Source: Balanoglossus misakiensis (taxonomy: Eukaryota; Animalia; Hemichordata). Taken from it: DNA of 64,000 nucleotides. The stretch lies in assembly GCA_040954595.2 (NCBI GenBank), contig CM082590.2, forward strand, positions 4,774,001-4,838,000, read 5' to 3'. This document shows, piece after piece, positions 36,501 through 48,800 of the stretch. A model generated the notes under the pieces. It saw nothing but the letters and a program-made list of their open reading frames with translations. It was not told the DNA's origin and made no database searches. The position numbers and the translations under genes were made by a program. Position 1 is the stretch's first letter, and every line of letters starts with the position of its first letter.

Positions 36501-38070
36501 AGATTTTGTTAATTCATACACGCGCACAACATCCCTTCATGGAAAAATGTGAATTTTTCTGAGTTTTGATCGCGAATAATAAAACATGGTGCAGACACTG
36601 CTGAAAGGAAACCATTCCATCGGTGAAATTCTGATCACAAAATACTGGAATTCCAACAAAAGGAAAACAATGAACGACATTTCAGGATAACGACAACCGG
36701 CCCATAATGCAATACTGAGCACAAAATGTCTGACTTGTAAATTTGAACAGATGAAGAACTTGCTGGTGTATAACCCCCCCCCCCCCCCCTCGTCTTGTAC
36801 ATGAAGGCAGAAGACAATAAACTGCATTTAAATGTGCTAGTACCTCAATAATTTTGTTTGCAGACAGCTGTTTATTAGAAATAAAAGAACCGATTCATGT
36901 TGTACCTTAATCTTACGCGGAATTGGGATTAAAGCGTTCATTAGCAAACTCTTCACTATGGTATATTAGTGTCACGAGTTTTGGAACAAACATTCTGTGA
37001 TGAAATTATTATTTCTGGTCAGTAAATATCACAACTTTATATTTACACACGCACCGATTTAATTGCATTTCTTTTGGGATTACAACAAATATTGTGTTCT
37101 TGGAGAGAGAGTCAGTGTAAAAACGTCGTGGGGATAAATATTCATTTCTTTTTGTTCTTCCAAACTTAAGTGAGGGGTTTGGGTTAAATGAAAATAGTTG
37201 CATTTGACATGCCTCACGTCATGCATTATTTTCGTGATTTTACTATCAAAGTTCGATTGGTATATTATTAAAAGCCTACTCGTGGGTATGCACACATGTA
37301 TCATCCACCTGTCGTGTCATCTGTCGGCAAAGGATACGGAGAAGATTGAGTCAGCTCATGGGGAATTCATAATTATCCACGACCCCTTATGACCAACACC
37401 ATGCCTGCGTCACCTTGAATGAACTCATTTCGGGTCAAAGGTTATCATCATTTGATATGGCGTCAATCTGACTGCCCCATATATAGACACATTGCTAGAC
37501 ATGGTTACAAAGTAGGCCTAATACACAGACATGGATTTCAATGGGTGTTTTATCTAAAGCTAGAACTCGCTCATAAAATTGTGTTTACTTGGGACTTGCT
37601 CAACCGGTAAAATTATTTTTGAAAAATATCGTTCAATGGAGACTTGGACTTGTGAATGGAAAACATTGTGATTAGTGTGACTTTTTTGTCAACTGGGTAA
37701 TTGTTTATTTATGAATGCACTATCTAGCAATACACACAAACACTAGAAGTTTCTATATTTTCCGTGTGTAGGGCAAGCTGACCCGTTGAAAAATAAAAAC
37801 ACCTATTAGGCGCCGACTAGCGCCACAAGTCTTAACGTAACCGTCATATGTTTTGTGACCAAAATGTCTGGTTAAATTTACGTGCATGGGGTTGAAGGGA
37901 GAAATTTTGAACAACAGTCCTCAGTTCACAAAACAAACAAAATATAAACCACTCATAAAAACAGTCGTCGTACGCGTCACTGCCAGACATCGTTGCATTT
38001 GGTGTGAAATGTCGGTTGTTACAGTTAACAGTTCACTTACCCATGGATCCTTATCTTCTTCGGAAGCCAT
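20351..38070 (-). CDS. Kinase-less DAPK1-like ROCO protein (ankyrin repeats-ROC GTPase-COR-death domain), 11 coding exons, about 842 aa
   Basis: complement(join(20351-21589, 22177-22362, 22910-23058, 23459-23606, 23886-24179, 24726-24854, 25801-25857, 28013-28111, 33623-33721, 35483-35581, 38041-38070)). All junctions are GT-AG with consistent phases and no internal stop. P-loop GFGGVGKTT followed by GFWQAYFTRR (cf. DAPK1 GLLRSFFRRR), TPGIDV, DFAGQ, SRAD; COR GLFPRLQ/WKNG; death domain GFDYKALADMLG...RPDA. Confidence 0.9.
21719..21983. repeat. (TATG)n microsatellite in ROCO intron
   Basis: About 260 bp of tatg repeats with few interruptions. Confidence 0.98.
22177..22362 (-). CDS. ROCO exon (COR N-terminus, KKEKIPRLC...YLDSIGE)
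   Basis: 186 bp, ttacag|...GAG|gtaaat, phase 0-0; YLxxxGE COR motif. Confidence 0.92.
22910..23058 (-). CDS. ROCO exon (end of ROC, KWVVEKVR...VNCHESQSEAMGRLRVILRGFK)
   Basis: 149 bp, tatag|CC...AAG|gtgagt, phase 1-0; not in the ORF track on this strand. Confidence 0.88.
23459..23606 (-). CDS. ROCO exon (ROC G4 region, PTVILIASRAD)
   Basis: 148 bp, ttacag|...G|gtaagt, phase 0-1. Confidence 0.9.
23886..24179 (-). CDS. ROCO exon (ROC switch I/II, TPGIDV and DFAGQ)
   Basis: 294 bp, atacag|GGC...GAG|gtgaga, phase 0-0. Confidence 0.93.
24269..24546. mobile_element. Kolobok-type MITE, right end truncated
   Basis: ttaa|agggacaaagtctctctc...; homologous to 25009-25352. Confidence 0.75.
24726..24854 (-). 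CDS. ROCO exon (ROC P-loop GFGGVGKTT)
   Basis: 129 bp, atcag|GCC...CGG|gtaaca, phase 0-0. Confidence 0.93.
25009..25352. mobile_element. Complete Kolobok-type fold-back MITE (TTAA target duplication)
   Basis: TTAA|agggacaaaatc...gactttgtccct|TTAA; imperfect inverted arms of about 160 bp make up nearly the whole 344 bp. Confidence 0.85.
25801..25857 (-). CDS. ROCO exon (C-cap ankyrin VGKTPMDYADDRRVKSLLK)
   Basis: 57 bp, ttacag|GTA...AAG|gtaata, phase 0-0. Confidence 0.85.
26520..27375 (+). repeat. Roughly 860-bp repeat, copy A (direct copy at 29105-29975)
   Basis: Colinear blocks such as gaactca-cactcggcatgaa, cattacctacacagtcat, taatacgccctttacggtaac and ggtcacactata. Confidence 0.85.
28013..28111 (-). 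CDS. ROCO ankyrin exon (YGWAPLHHAARYGRGGVVKLLLQSNASIDVKDK)
   Basis: 99 bp, cacag|TAT...AAA|gtaagt, phase 0-0. Confidence 0.92.
29105..29975 (+). repeat. Roughly 860-bp repeat, copy B
   Basis: Diverged direct copy of 26520-27375. Confidence 0.85.
30315..30649. mobile_element. Kolobok-type MITE, left terminus missing
   Basis: tctctctctcgctgcccttttc...gagagagactttgtccct|ttaa; same family as 25009-25352. Confidence 0.8.
31293..32565. mobile_element. Non-autonomous DNA element with long TIRs containing 23-bp subterminal tandem repeats
   Basis: tacgggtgtctcaaaacacattgtgcgacaag... is the reverse complement of ...cttgtcgcacaatgtgttttgagacacccata; unit ctgcgaccactagcactttgatt occurs about 3 times on the left and 5 times on the right. 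Confidence 0.85.
32585..32841. mobile_element. Small MITE with roughly 34-bp imperfect TIRs
   Basis: ggtcattcacctagaaacttgcgcaggcgcatac...gtatgcgcatgtacacgtttctaagtgaatgacc; no clear TSD. Confidence 0.65.
33623..33721 (-). CDS. ROCO ankyrin exon (DESTALHVAAYNNKLEAAQVLIDHGADVNAKND)
   Basis: 99 bp, tttcag|GAT...GAT|gtaagt, phase 0-0. Confidence 0.93.
35483..35581 (-). CDS. ROCO N-cap ankyrin exon (DLFNAARDGDVARIRSLIADGYDVNAKGKYSLV)
   Basis: 99 bp, ttatag|GAT...GTT|gtaagt, phase 0-0. Confidence 0.88.
35851..36135 (+). repeat. 285-bp near-identical direct repeat, copy 1 (copy 2 at 39423-39709)
   Basis: aggcaacagtctcaagagaacgg...gtcatgttggtcaga is duplicated with only a few differences. Confidence 0.92.
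38041..38070 (-). CDS. ROCO start exon (MASEEDKDPW)
   Basis: Kozak-like gttaccATGG, 10 codons, consensus donor TGG|gtaagt, phase 0 into the first ankyrin exon. Confidence 0.75.
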
Positions 38071-38149
38071 GGTAACGTCATTCACATTGTGTTGGAATAC
38101 TTCAAGAATCTGGATCAGTCGCACTGCTTTAGAGTTGAACAAGTCAGCT

Positions 38150-38330
38150 TCGTAAATGTTCTATAATGGCGTCGTGGTCAGGTGATGTTGGCAAACAGTT
38201 GGTGAAAACCCCGATAAATAAGGAAGTACACTACAAAGGAAAATAATGACAAGAGTTGGTTCAAAGTTCATAACGCCATAAAAGTGTGGCATATACACTT
38301 CAATACTGTGGTGACGTCACAGCAGAACTC
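38150..38330 (-). promoter_or_regulatory. Candidate proximal promoter of the ROCO gene
   Basis: TATA-like TTATAGAA about 95 bp upstream of the ATG, ETS-like aggaagt at 38221, palindromic CRE/ATF site GTGACGTCAC at 38311-38320; motif matches only. Confidence 0.3.
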
Positions 38331-39422
38331 CTAGATTTCTGTTTAAATCACTAAACTAGTTGGCACATTAAACAACGATTTGATTATTTATGTTTTATAA
38401 CAGTACGAGCAGTGGAATGAAGTGGCCTATAATTCCCACTTCACAAGCTTCAGTACAGGACATAGTCTCGCTTTGCAGACTCTTCTCGCTTCACTAGTTC
38501 GCCACTGTCGGTGTGACAATGCGAGGAGCGAAGCCAAAAGTGTCTGGGGAGAACAAAGTCGCATGAGGATTGTGTTGTGTTTACACAACGATCACCTATG
38601 ACACTTTTCTGTGTCATAGGTGATCGCCGTGTTATACAATTCAACCCCCGTGCGACTGTGGGGGAGAATCACTGCATTCCATTGTGATGACGTACACACA
38701 AGACAGGCAATGAATTCAAATATTACAAAGGACCCTTGACCTAGTTGGCTTTCAGTCAATGCGTGTTGTGCCAGACAGTATGTGACTGACCGACAGGCCC
38801 CGTCGAAGTTGACAGCCCAGTGCAGTATAAGATATCGTATACATGTACTGTGCTGTCAACTACAGCAGTGCCTGTAATCATGTGATTGTGAGTGAATATC
38901 ATTTCACGTCTACGACTACTATCAAGGATTTTGTTTCGTTTGTCAGTTTTGGGTGATTTCCTGTTAGTGTTGAGAAATTTAGTACTTCCCGTCTTTGCAA
39001 ATTGGCATTTTTTTCCAATATGTAGCATTATAGCCAAATACTACATTCTTGCCAACTGTGTCTTTAAATTTGGAATTGTTGCATGAGAGATTGAAAATCA
39101 GAGTATATTATATAAACAAGAATCCACTCTCATACAATCAATTTTAAGTGGTCAATGACCTTTAATGTTCTGTACATTAAATAAAAGATAGAATTCATAA
39201 GATATACAATTGGTAAAGCTTTTCTCAAATATAATTCAAGTGACCATCCAAAATAATCTATAAACTCAAAAATCTCTGGTAGAATGAAGCTGAAGCAAGT
39301 GCTGGCAATTAATGATTTATCTCAAACTTATATTTTTAATCATTTCATCGCTTTGGTTTAGCTTAAATTCATTGTCTTCTACAGTAAAATTGGACCTCTA
39401 TAGAAGGAAATGAGGTTGAAAG

Positions 39423-39709
39423 AGGCAACAGTCTCAAGAGAACGGTGAAGAAATGCAATGAAAGTATCACCACGTGAATGTTTGTCCAAACTGTGTGAGC
39501 AAGTTATTGTGTAGCTGTAGTAGTGTGTGGGTCGCGTGACAGCTTTGTATACCTTGTCGCTGATGTGCTTCCCAAGAAGCATTTTTGACTGTTTGATAGG
39601 GCTTGCATAATTTCCATAAAAGAAATGTGAACAAGGTTATGGTCAATTGACTGTCCAACTACTCTATTGTTATAGTCTACAGATTTGGGATGTCGTCATG
39701 TTGGTCAGA
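39423..39709 (+). repeat. 285-bp direct repeat, copy 2, at the left border of the large array
   Basis: Matches 35851-36135. Confidence 0.92.
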
Positions 39710-39899
39710 CTGGGGTTGAAAGAATTAAGGTAGTCTTGCACCTTGGAAATTAAAATCTTAAATTTAGACCAAAAATGTTGGGTCATGGTGCAAATTTTAA
39801 ATGAGAGAACAAGGCTATACATGTAACCCAAATTTGAAATTCATAGTGGCCACCAATCTCAGTGTAAGCTCTATGGAGAAAGGGTAAAAACCTTGCTTG

Positions 39900-42800
39900 A
39901 TTTTTTGATATAGCTGTTTAGATAATTTTACCATAGGAAAACTATAGCTTGAGGTGTGCAAAAATGCTGACTGAAAACGTAGGATGGGAACACTTTTTTC
40001 ACTCTTCATGCTTAAATTCAAAATATACAAGAAATATGTGGTTTGACGGGTCGCATACAAAATGTAGAGCGGAATATAAAGTAAGGGTAACTGGAGGAAC
40101 CATAGGCAATATAATCTCTACCACGTTGTTTCATGGGGCACTGGACTGACCCATCAGGAGACTAAACTGGCCAGTTTATTACTTTTTGCCTTTAAAACAC
40201 ATCAATAGTTTTCAAGATTTGAAATTCTGGTACTCATACCTATCAACACTTGTTGATGTGGTCAGTGGGGGAAACATTGTAAATTATGTATTTTGATGGT
40301 TTGCTGTAATCCGGATTACAGCAATTATTAATTAGCAGTCAGAATCTTTCAGCAAAACAAACTCTGGAAAAGAAGTTTGCTGCCAGGGTGGAAAGAAATT
40401 AAATGATCCACCTCTAACTATAAAATTCCGCACAATGGGGGAATTGAAGAGGCTTATCAATCTAGAATTTGTAAATTGAGACATATTTGAAGCCCCATGA
40501 GCTGCCAAATTCCACATTATTTCTCACAATAAAATACTTTAAATATTCTCCCTATATCCCCATTACAATTTGCACCATCAAGGCACACTACTTGCATACC
40601 ACACTAGTTGTGTACTCTTTGCATGGAGGCAGATTAAACAGGCATGGCACCCGTTTAATATATCACTTGTTCAAATTGCAACATCCATCCACAATATGGC
40701 GTTGACAAGATGTTCATTTATACCTACCAGTTTAAGCTCATTTAGATGGACCAATCTAAAGTTGGAAAGTAAAATCATGAAAATAGTGCAAAAAGCGGCA
40801 GCTCTTGAGGATTTAAAGAAGGGCAATTGACACATGACCCGCAACAGACGCACTGATAAGAACATCAGTGTAAGAACCGGGTTGGCAAACATTTTTGGGC
40901 AAACATTGACCAGCTGTCATAAAACTGTCGGTTAATTTTATTGCTCTTATCAATAGAGAACGGCCTTCACCTGCATCTGATTACATGTTGGAGTCAGTGA
41001 GACTCCATGTGTACCAGTGTCTTGTGTGTAATTGCTATCAGCACCGCTCAACTGCATTCATACTTTTTAATTGAAATTTCAACTTTGACTATTGTTCCTA
41101 ATTACCAACATCGATTGAACTGTTGTTCATATCAGCGCGTTCACACTCACTCATGTACTATGTAAAGAAGTGTAAATGACATCCGTGCCTACACAAGAAC
41201 ATAAGTTTGGCCTTCCATTCATGAGGTTTCTGTGACTATTGTTTATTGACATGCTGTCTGTTGAGCTTTGTGTCTTAAAGATTAAATCCTGTTTGTTGTA
41301 TTAGCTTTACGCCAGTAGACTTAGACGGAAACCACTCAACACACTTAATATATAGCACAGGGTGTTTGTTTAGTCGGCAGAAAAACACTCCACCACAATC
41401 AAGTAACACACAAACATTTTTCAACCAGATCGCGATAAAGTCAGGAATTATCGTGAGCTACAGCTGTTTGGCAAAATATTGTCGCAACCATGGCCCCTTT
41501 AGAGCAACAATTTCTGAGTTGGCAAAAGTGGCCGTGGTTTATTTTGCATGTTTTAATTATACTAGTTTAGTATCTAGCCGTATTTTGTCCGCTTTGCTTT
41601 CAAAATTATGTCTAGAGTCATGCATGCTACTACATGCCACTGGCCCAATAAAACCTGGGAATTGTGATGTAACTAGCGTCCCTCTGAAGTCAATCCCAGA
41701 CTGTTTTTCCTAGGATTGGACAAATGATATACATGTGTGTAATTAAGGATGGGTTATTTTTTTATGTCAAATTAGCCCCACCTTCACTATAATCTAACGC
41801 CCAATCACCAGTGTTCAGTTTATATGATTGACTACACGGGAACAGATGCTGGTTACATCACAACTTCTAGACTATTCGAGCGCTGGCGAAATGGAACCAA
41901 TCAGAACGTGCGTCTCATAAATGTATCGACATGTAAATTTTAACCGGTACTTTGCCTTGCCGATTGGTATTATTTTTTTCTACCGCGGATCGCTGTCCTG
42001 CGTGAGTGTTGGGTGATTGGTGGTGATTGGCTGCTCTGTTTCGGCGATGGTGTAAATAACAGTCGAGGATTGAGCGTGTGTAAATCCTTTTGCTCGTGTC
42101 CGCTTATTATCCGGAGACTTCAGTGGAATCGCTCAGGTCTGACTGTCAAAAGGTGACACCGCTCGAAAAAGTATGCAGTAAATCATGACATATTGGGTAG
42201 AATATTGTATTTCAAGGGGTATATTTTTTTAGAAAATTGGGCCAGGACAGGTACAAATTTCAGGCCCAGTCAGACGAAATTGTGTCTACAGCACATTATA
42301 TAGCTATGTCAGCCCAGCTGTCACATATATTGTGAAAGGCTGGCGCCATACCTGCATCACCTTGAAGGAACTCATGTCGGGTCAGAGGTCATCATTCATT
42401 TATATTGCATGACTCCGGTCTGCCATGTTTATAGACACACTGTCAGAATGACTACAAAGTAACACAGGCATGTATTTCAACAGGTGTTTTATCTCAAGCT
42501 AGGACCTGCTGCTCATAAAAAGTTGGTTTACAACAAATCAGCGAAAGAGGTAATACGTGTAACCAGAAAAATTGTAAATAAAATGTCGTCAGAGAGACCT
42601 GGACTTCTCTGTTTTTTTGTCACACGTTGGATAACCGCGCGTGTATTGAAAAAACATTAACTAGGTCGTAAGAAGGATAAACGCCAACTTGAAGTAGGTT
42701 AATTTAAGTTGACATATAATATCCATAAATTATAAGACCCACATTGACAAACAGTTTTAGACAGGTCAATCCTATTTTTGATTTCCATCCCTGTACTACT

Positions 42801-45800
42801 GTTGTCCTCCCTCATGTCGCTAACGAGTCAATCGGATCCACCGCCCTAACACGTGTAATGTAGATAAGCAATTGCTTGCAGTTATTATTGTCATAGAAAA
42901 TGGCATTCATCAACACCTTCATCTGATTATATTTGGAGTCAGCGAGATTGCATGTGTACCAGTGTTAATTGTGTCATCTTTATCAGCACCGTTCATTCGC
43001 ATTAATCCTTTTCGACTAGGATTTATTAAAACCGAGACCAGTATTCATAAAATTGTCAGCTAATATTGATTTTATTGCTGTTATCAGCGCTCTCTCAGTG
43101 GTACGAATTAAAGGAGTATGGGGGATATTTGTGACATGACCACTATAAAATGTATTCATAAATTTGACCTTTCAGCTATGATGTTTGGGACTATACGTAC
43201 GTCAAGAATTGTTGTTGTGGATATTCCGATCCGTGGAATCCGTTTTGAAATTAATTGTCATACAAACAATCTATTCAGCTTGTAATCAGAAGAAATTTAC
43301 TTTGGGTCTTAAAAATTAAATACATATATACTGTTTATTGTTTTGGCTTTATGGCATACCGAAACCACTCAACACATTTTATAGCACAGAATGTTTTAGT
43401 TGGTGGAGAAATACTCCGCCATTCAAACACACAATCAAGCAGGATAGAAACACTTCCCAACCAGATCGCGATAACGTCATGATTATCATGAGCTAGAATT
43501 CATACAGCTATTTTGCATTCAACACATTGACGTAAATTATTTCCCACCCCCTTGTACAGTTTCTGCATTGCCAGAGGAGACCATGTTTTATTTCTCATGT
43601 TTAGAATTAATCAATCATTCATCGGCCAGTTACAGAGTTGACGAAACAGAGCCAATCAGAATGTACGTCTCACAAATGTGTCCACATATAAATTAAACCG
43701 TTACTTGTCCAGTACTATTCTATTTCGACTATTCTATTTCTATTAATTCACTTACCGCCGAGTTCTGAATGACACGCCGTCAAAGCCACTGGACGTCGAC
43801 CTGCATACACGGTCAGAATAGTCGCTGAATGACAGAGCAGACAACTTTAATGGAACCGCATTGATAACAGCGTCACTTTGCATGGTTTATTGCTGTCCAC
43901 CACTGCCTTGCACAAATGGAATTCAACTGAAACCACTCGACGTCATTTATTGCAACTAGTGATTACCTTTACACACACAAAATACCCTTGCTGTAAACTA
44001 TCACCACATAAAGTTTATGTCTAAAGTTTTTTCTTGTCTACAAAATGCAAGTATGGATTTTACCAGCTGTTTTGTAATGCAAATTGTCCATTCTTTTGTG
44101 CATATATGTGTTGGAATGTATTAGCGTAGCGGGGGGGGGGGGGGCATCTCTTAAAGATTAAATACTGTTCAATCTATTGGCTGTATGCGTATAGATTTGG
44201 CGCAAACCACTCCACACACTTAATATATAGCACAGAATGTTTGTTTAGTCGGCAGAAAAACACTCCACCACAATCAAGTAACATACAAACATTTTTCAAC
44301 CAGATCACGATAAAGTCAGGAATTATCGTGAGCTACAGGTCATACAGCTGTTTGGCAAAATATTGTCGCAAAAATGACCCCTTTAGAGCACATCTTCTTT
44401 TTAAAATCTCGAATAAATTCAAGAATCCTTGTTGCATCATTTCCAACTTCCACAAACAAACAAATAATTGTAATCTTAGCTGACTTCAGTCGTGAACTGA
44501 ATACACTCAACATAGATTTCTTAATGACACGCCGTCAACGCCACTGGACACCGACCTGCATACACGGTCAGAAAACTCGCTGAATGACAGAGCAAACAAC
44601 TTTAAAGGAACCGCGCCGATAACAACATCGCTTTGCATGCATGGTTTACTGCTGTCCACACCTGCCTCGAACAAATGGAATTCAACTGAAACCACTCGGC
44701 GTCATTTATTGCAACCAGTGTTTACCTTTACGCACAGAAAAACACCCCAGCAAGCCTCGCACAGGTCTCAGCCTCGGACCCCAGACAAATGTTTTCGTCT
44801 CTTTAACGAATGAACTGCGACGTTTTTCCACGTCTTATACATTTTGTTGACGGGTGGACAGAATACAGAGTTTTAGTTGTCTCGTTCAGCTGACTCGAAA
44901 CCATTTCCGTAACTTCCGTAAGCCTAATATCAAGTCTGCTGGCTCGCTCGGGACCAGGCTCGCCAGTTGCAAGCACACATCCACGATCGTAGCGTCGACT
45001 TTTCGAATTCTACCTTTCTCGTATTGATTTTACCCAGCGATATTCTCACGGAACCGTCATTTTTATTTCAAATATGTACAACCACGGGTACAAGCACTTG
45101 TTATTCCGTTTTACAAGAAAGTTACAGCGACGGCCGAATCAGCGAAAATAATTCCGGTTGATGACGTAGAACAGGGGGTAAAATCGGATTTTTTATTCGA
45201 CCTTTTTACGGCACACAGGTAGCTAAACGGGCTAGTTCATGTGATAAACTATACAATTCAGCACAAAGAGGGAACTGAAGAGGCTTATCAATCAAGAATT
45301 TATGAGGCGAGACATGTTTGAAGGGCAATTGACACATGACCCACAACACACGCACTGATAAGAACACCAGTATCAGACCCACGTTGACAAACAGTTTTAG
45401 ACAGGTCAGGCCAATTTTTGATTTCCATCCCTGTACCATGTTGTCCCCTCTCTGGGCGCACACCAAGTCAACCGGATACAACGCCCTCACATGTGCAACG
45501 AAAGTAAATGTTTTTTGTTAGGCAACTGCTTGCAGAATCTGGCCTACACCTTCATCTGAATACATTTGGAGTCAGTGAGACTCCATGTGTGCCAGTGTTA
45601 TTTGTGTCATATTTATCACCACCGTTCATCCATATTAGTACTTTTGACTAAAATTGATTAAAACATAGACCAGCCACTATTCATTCTTATCAGCGCTCTC
45701 CCACTGGTACTAAGTAAATAAGTATGGAGGACATCCGTTCCATCACATTACCACTACAAAATTAATTCACATATTTGACCTTCCAGCTATGATGTTTTGG

Positions 45801-48800
45801 ACATCAAGTATTGTTTTTGTTGATATTCCAATCTGGTGATTTGTTTTTGAATTAATTGTCATACAGCCTATTCAGCTTGTAATCAGAAGCAACTTACGCT
45901 AGGTCGTAAAGATTAAATACTGTTTGTCCTATCAGATTTATGGCATTCGAAACCACTGCAACACATTTAATATGTTTGTTTAGTTGCTAGAGAAATACTC
46001 AACTATTCAAACACACAATCAGGCAGTATAAAGAAACACTTCTCAACCAGATCGCGATAAAGTCAGGATTATCATGAGCTAGAATTCATACAGCTGTTTT
46101 GCATTCAGCACATTGACGTAAACTATTCCCCACCCCCTTGTACAGTTTCTGCGTTGCCAGAAGAGACCATGTTTTCTTTCTCATGTTTAGAATTAATCAA
46201 TCATTCATCGGCCAGTTACAGAGTTGACGAAACGGAGCCAATCAGAATGTACGTCTCACAAATGTGTCCACATATAAATTAAACCGTTACTTGTCCAGTA
46301 CTATTCTATTTCGACTGCAGATCGCTGTCTTACGTGAATGTTTTATGATTGATTTGGGAATTTGTGCTACTCCGTTTCGTACTGTGATGACTGTGCTCGA
46401 ACAAGTAAAATGGTAAATCCTGACACGTTAAGTAGATTCATGAGTGTGAGTACACATATGTTCCACAGTAGATTGCATCGAGGACACACTGTACTGTCTA
46501 CAGGATCGCGCGTCAGAATAGTCAAGTATCTAGTATCTAGCCGTATTTTGTCCGCTTTGCTTCCAAAACTACGTACGTCTAACCACTTTGCAAAGTAAAC
46601 ACAGTGTCGCAATGCAATGTGAACTTGTTCTTTTAAAACAAAAATAAAGCAAATACGTCCACAAATTACAATGATCATTCATTGCAATACTGTTTTAGAT
46701 GTTCAGGATATTAACTGAGAATTTCCATTTGCCAGCCAACATCATCTTTTTATAATGTCAATTAAATTCAAGAAGACTCGTGGCATCATTTCAAAATATT
46801 AATTCCTACATCCAAACTAATAATTGGCAAATTAGCTAACTTTAGTCTTATTACACTTACCGCCGAGTTCTGAATGACACGCCGTCAAAGCCACTGGACG
46901 TCGACCTGCATACAGAATAGTCGCTGTATGACAGAGCAGACAGCTTTAAAGGAACCGCATTGATAACAGCGTCACTTTGCATGGTTTATTGCTGTCCACC
47001 ACTGCCTTGCACAAATGGAATTCAACTGAAACCACTCGACGTCATTTATTGCAACTAGTGTTTACCTTTACACACAAAAAAACCCTGCTGTAAACTATCA
47101 GCATATAAAGTTTAAGTCTAAAGTCTTTTTCTTCTCTATAAAATGCAAGTATGAATTTTACCAGCTATTTAGTAATGCAAATTGTCCATTATTTTGTGCG
47201 TATATGTGTTGGAATGTATTAGCGTAGCGGGGGGGGGGGCATCTCTTAAATATTTAATACGGTTTAATCTATTGGCTTTATGCGTATAGACTTTGACGGA
47301 AACCACTCAACACACTTAATGTATAGCACAGGGTGTTTGGTAAGTCGGCAGAAAAACACTCCACCACAATAAAGTAACATATAAACATTTTTCAACCAGA
47401 TCACGATAAAGTCAGGAATTATCGTGAGCTGCACGTCATACAGCTGTTTGGCAAAATATTGTCGCAAACATGGCCCCTTTAGAGAACAGTTTCTGAGTTG
47501 CCAAACGAGGCTGTGGTTTATTTCGCATTTTTTTTTAATTCTTCATCGGGCAATTCAAGCGCTGGCGAAACGCAACCAATCAGAGCGTGCGTCTCATAAA
47601 TGTATCGAAATGCAAATTTTAACCGTTTGATATAACAATACAAAATCTGAGAGGGAAATGACAGAATATATTTGTATGAGGCCATTTGTGTGTGCGGGCC
47701 ATTTAAAACAGTTATTAGAGCCCTTGACAAGTGATTTTTCCCCTTGCCAAGCACCCACCTTATCAAGCTTCATTCAATATTACATGAGCAAAACAGTTCA
47801 GCATTTCAACTTGGTGTTTGCAAATTGTTCCATTCACCCATATACCAAACCACTGTTCTCCAAACATGCTGCTCGTCATCCACTACACACTGAGAGAGCA
47901 CCAAGTGTCCTTGACGCTATTTTTTGATATAGCTGTTTTATAGATAATTTTACCATAGGAAAACTATACCTTGAGGTGAGCAACAATGCTGACTGAAAAC
48001 GTAGGATGGGAACACTTTTTTCACTCATCATGCTTAAATTCAAAATATACAAGAAATATGTGGTTTGACGGGTCCCATACAAAATGTAGAGCGGAGTATA
48101 AAGTAAGGGTAACTGGAGGAACGATAGGCAATATAATCTCTACCACGTTGTTTCATGAGTCACTGGACTGACCCATCAGGAGACTAAACTGGCCAGTTTA
48201 TTACTTTTTGCCTTTAAAATACATCAACAGTTTTCAAGATTAGAAATTCCGGTACTCATACCTATCAACACTTGTTGATGTGGTCAGTGGGGGAAACATT
48301 GTAAATTATGCATTTTGATGGTTTGCTGTAACCCAGGTTACATCAATTATTAATCAGCAGTCAGAATCTTTCAGCAAAAAAACTTCTGGAAAAAAGTTTG
48401 CTGCCAGAGTGAAAAGAAATTAAGTGGGCCAGCCCTAACTATAAAATTCAAGACAAATGGGGGAATTGAAGAGGCTTATCAATCTAGAATTTGTAAAGTG
48501 AGACATATTTGAAGCCCCATGAGCTGCCAAATTCCACATTATTTCTCACAATAAAATACTTTAAATCTTCTCCCTATATACCCATTACAATGTGCACCAT
48601 CAAGGCACACTACTTGCATACCACAATAGTTGTGTACTATTTGTATGGAGGCAGATTAAACAGGCATGGCACCCATTTAATATATCAGTTGTTCAAATTG
48701 CAACATCCAGCCGAAATATGGCATCGATAAGATGTTTATGTACACATATAAGTTTAATCTTATTTAGATGGACCAATCTAAAGTTGGAAAGTAAAAACCT

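Noticed and set aside
1931-38070. A single gene spanning all ankyrin and ROCO exons
   Set aside because: The ROCO gene ends in a stop at 20351 after its death domain with AATAAA downstream (20005-20010, minus strand); the left-hand exons are paralogous to its N-terminal exons.
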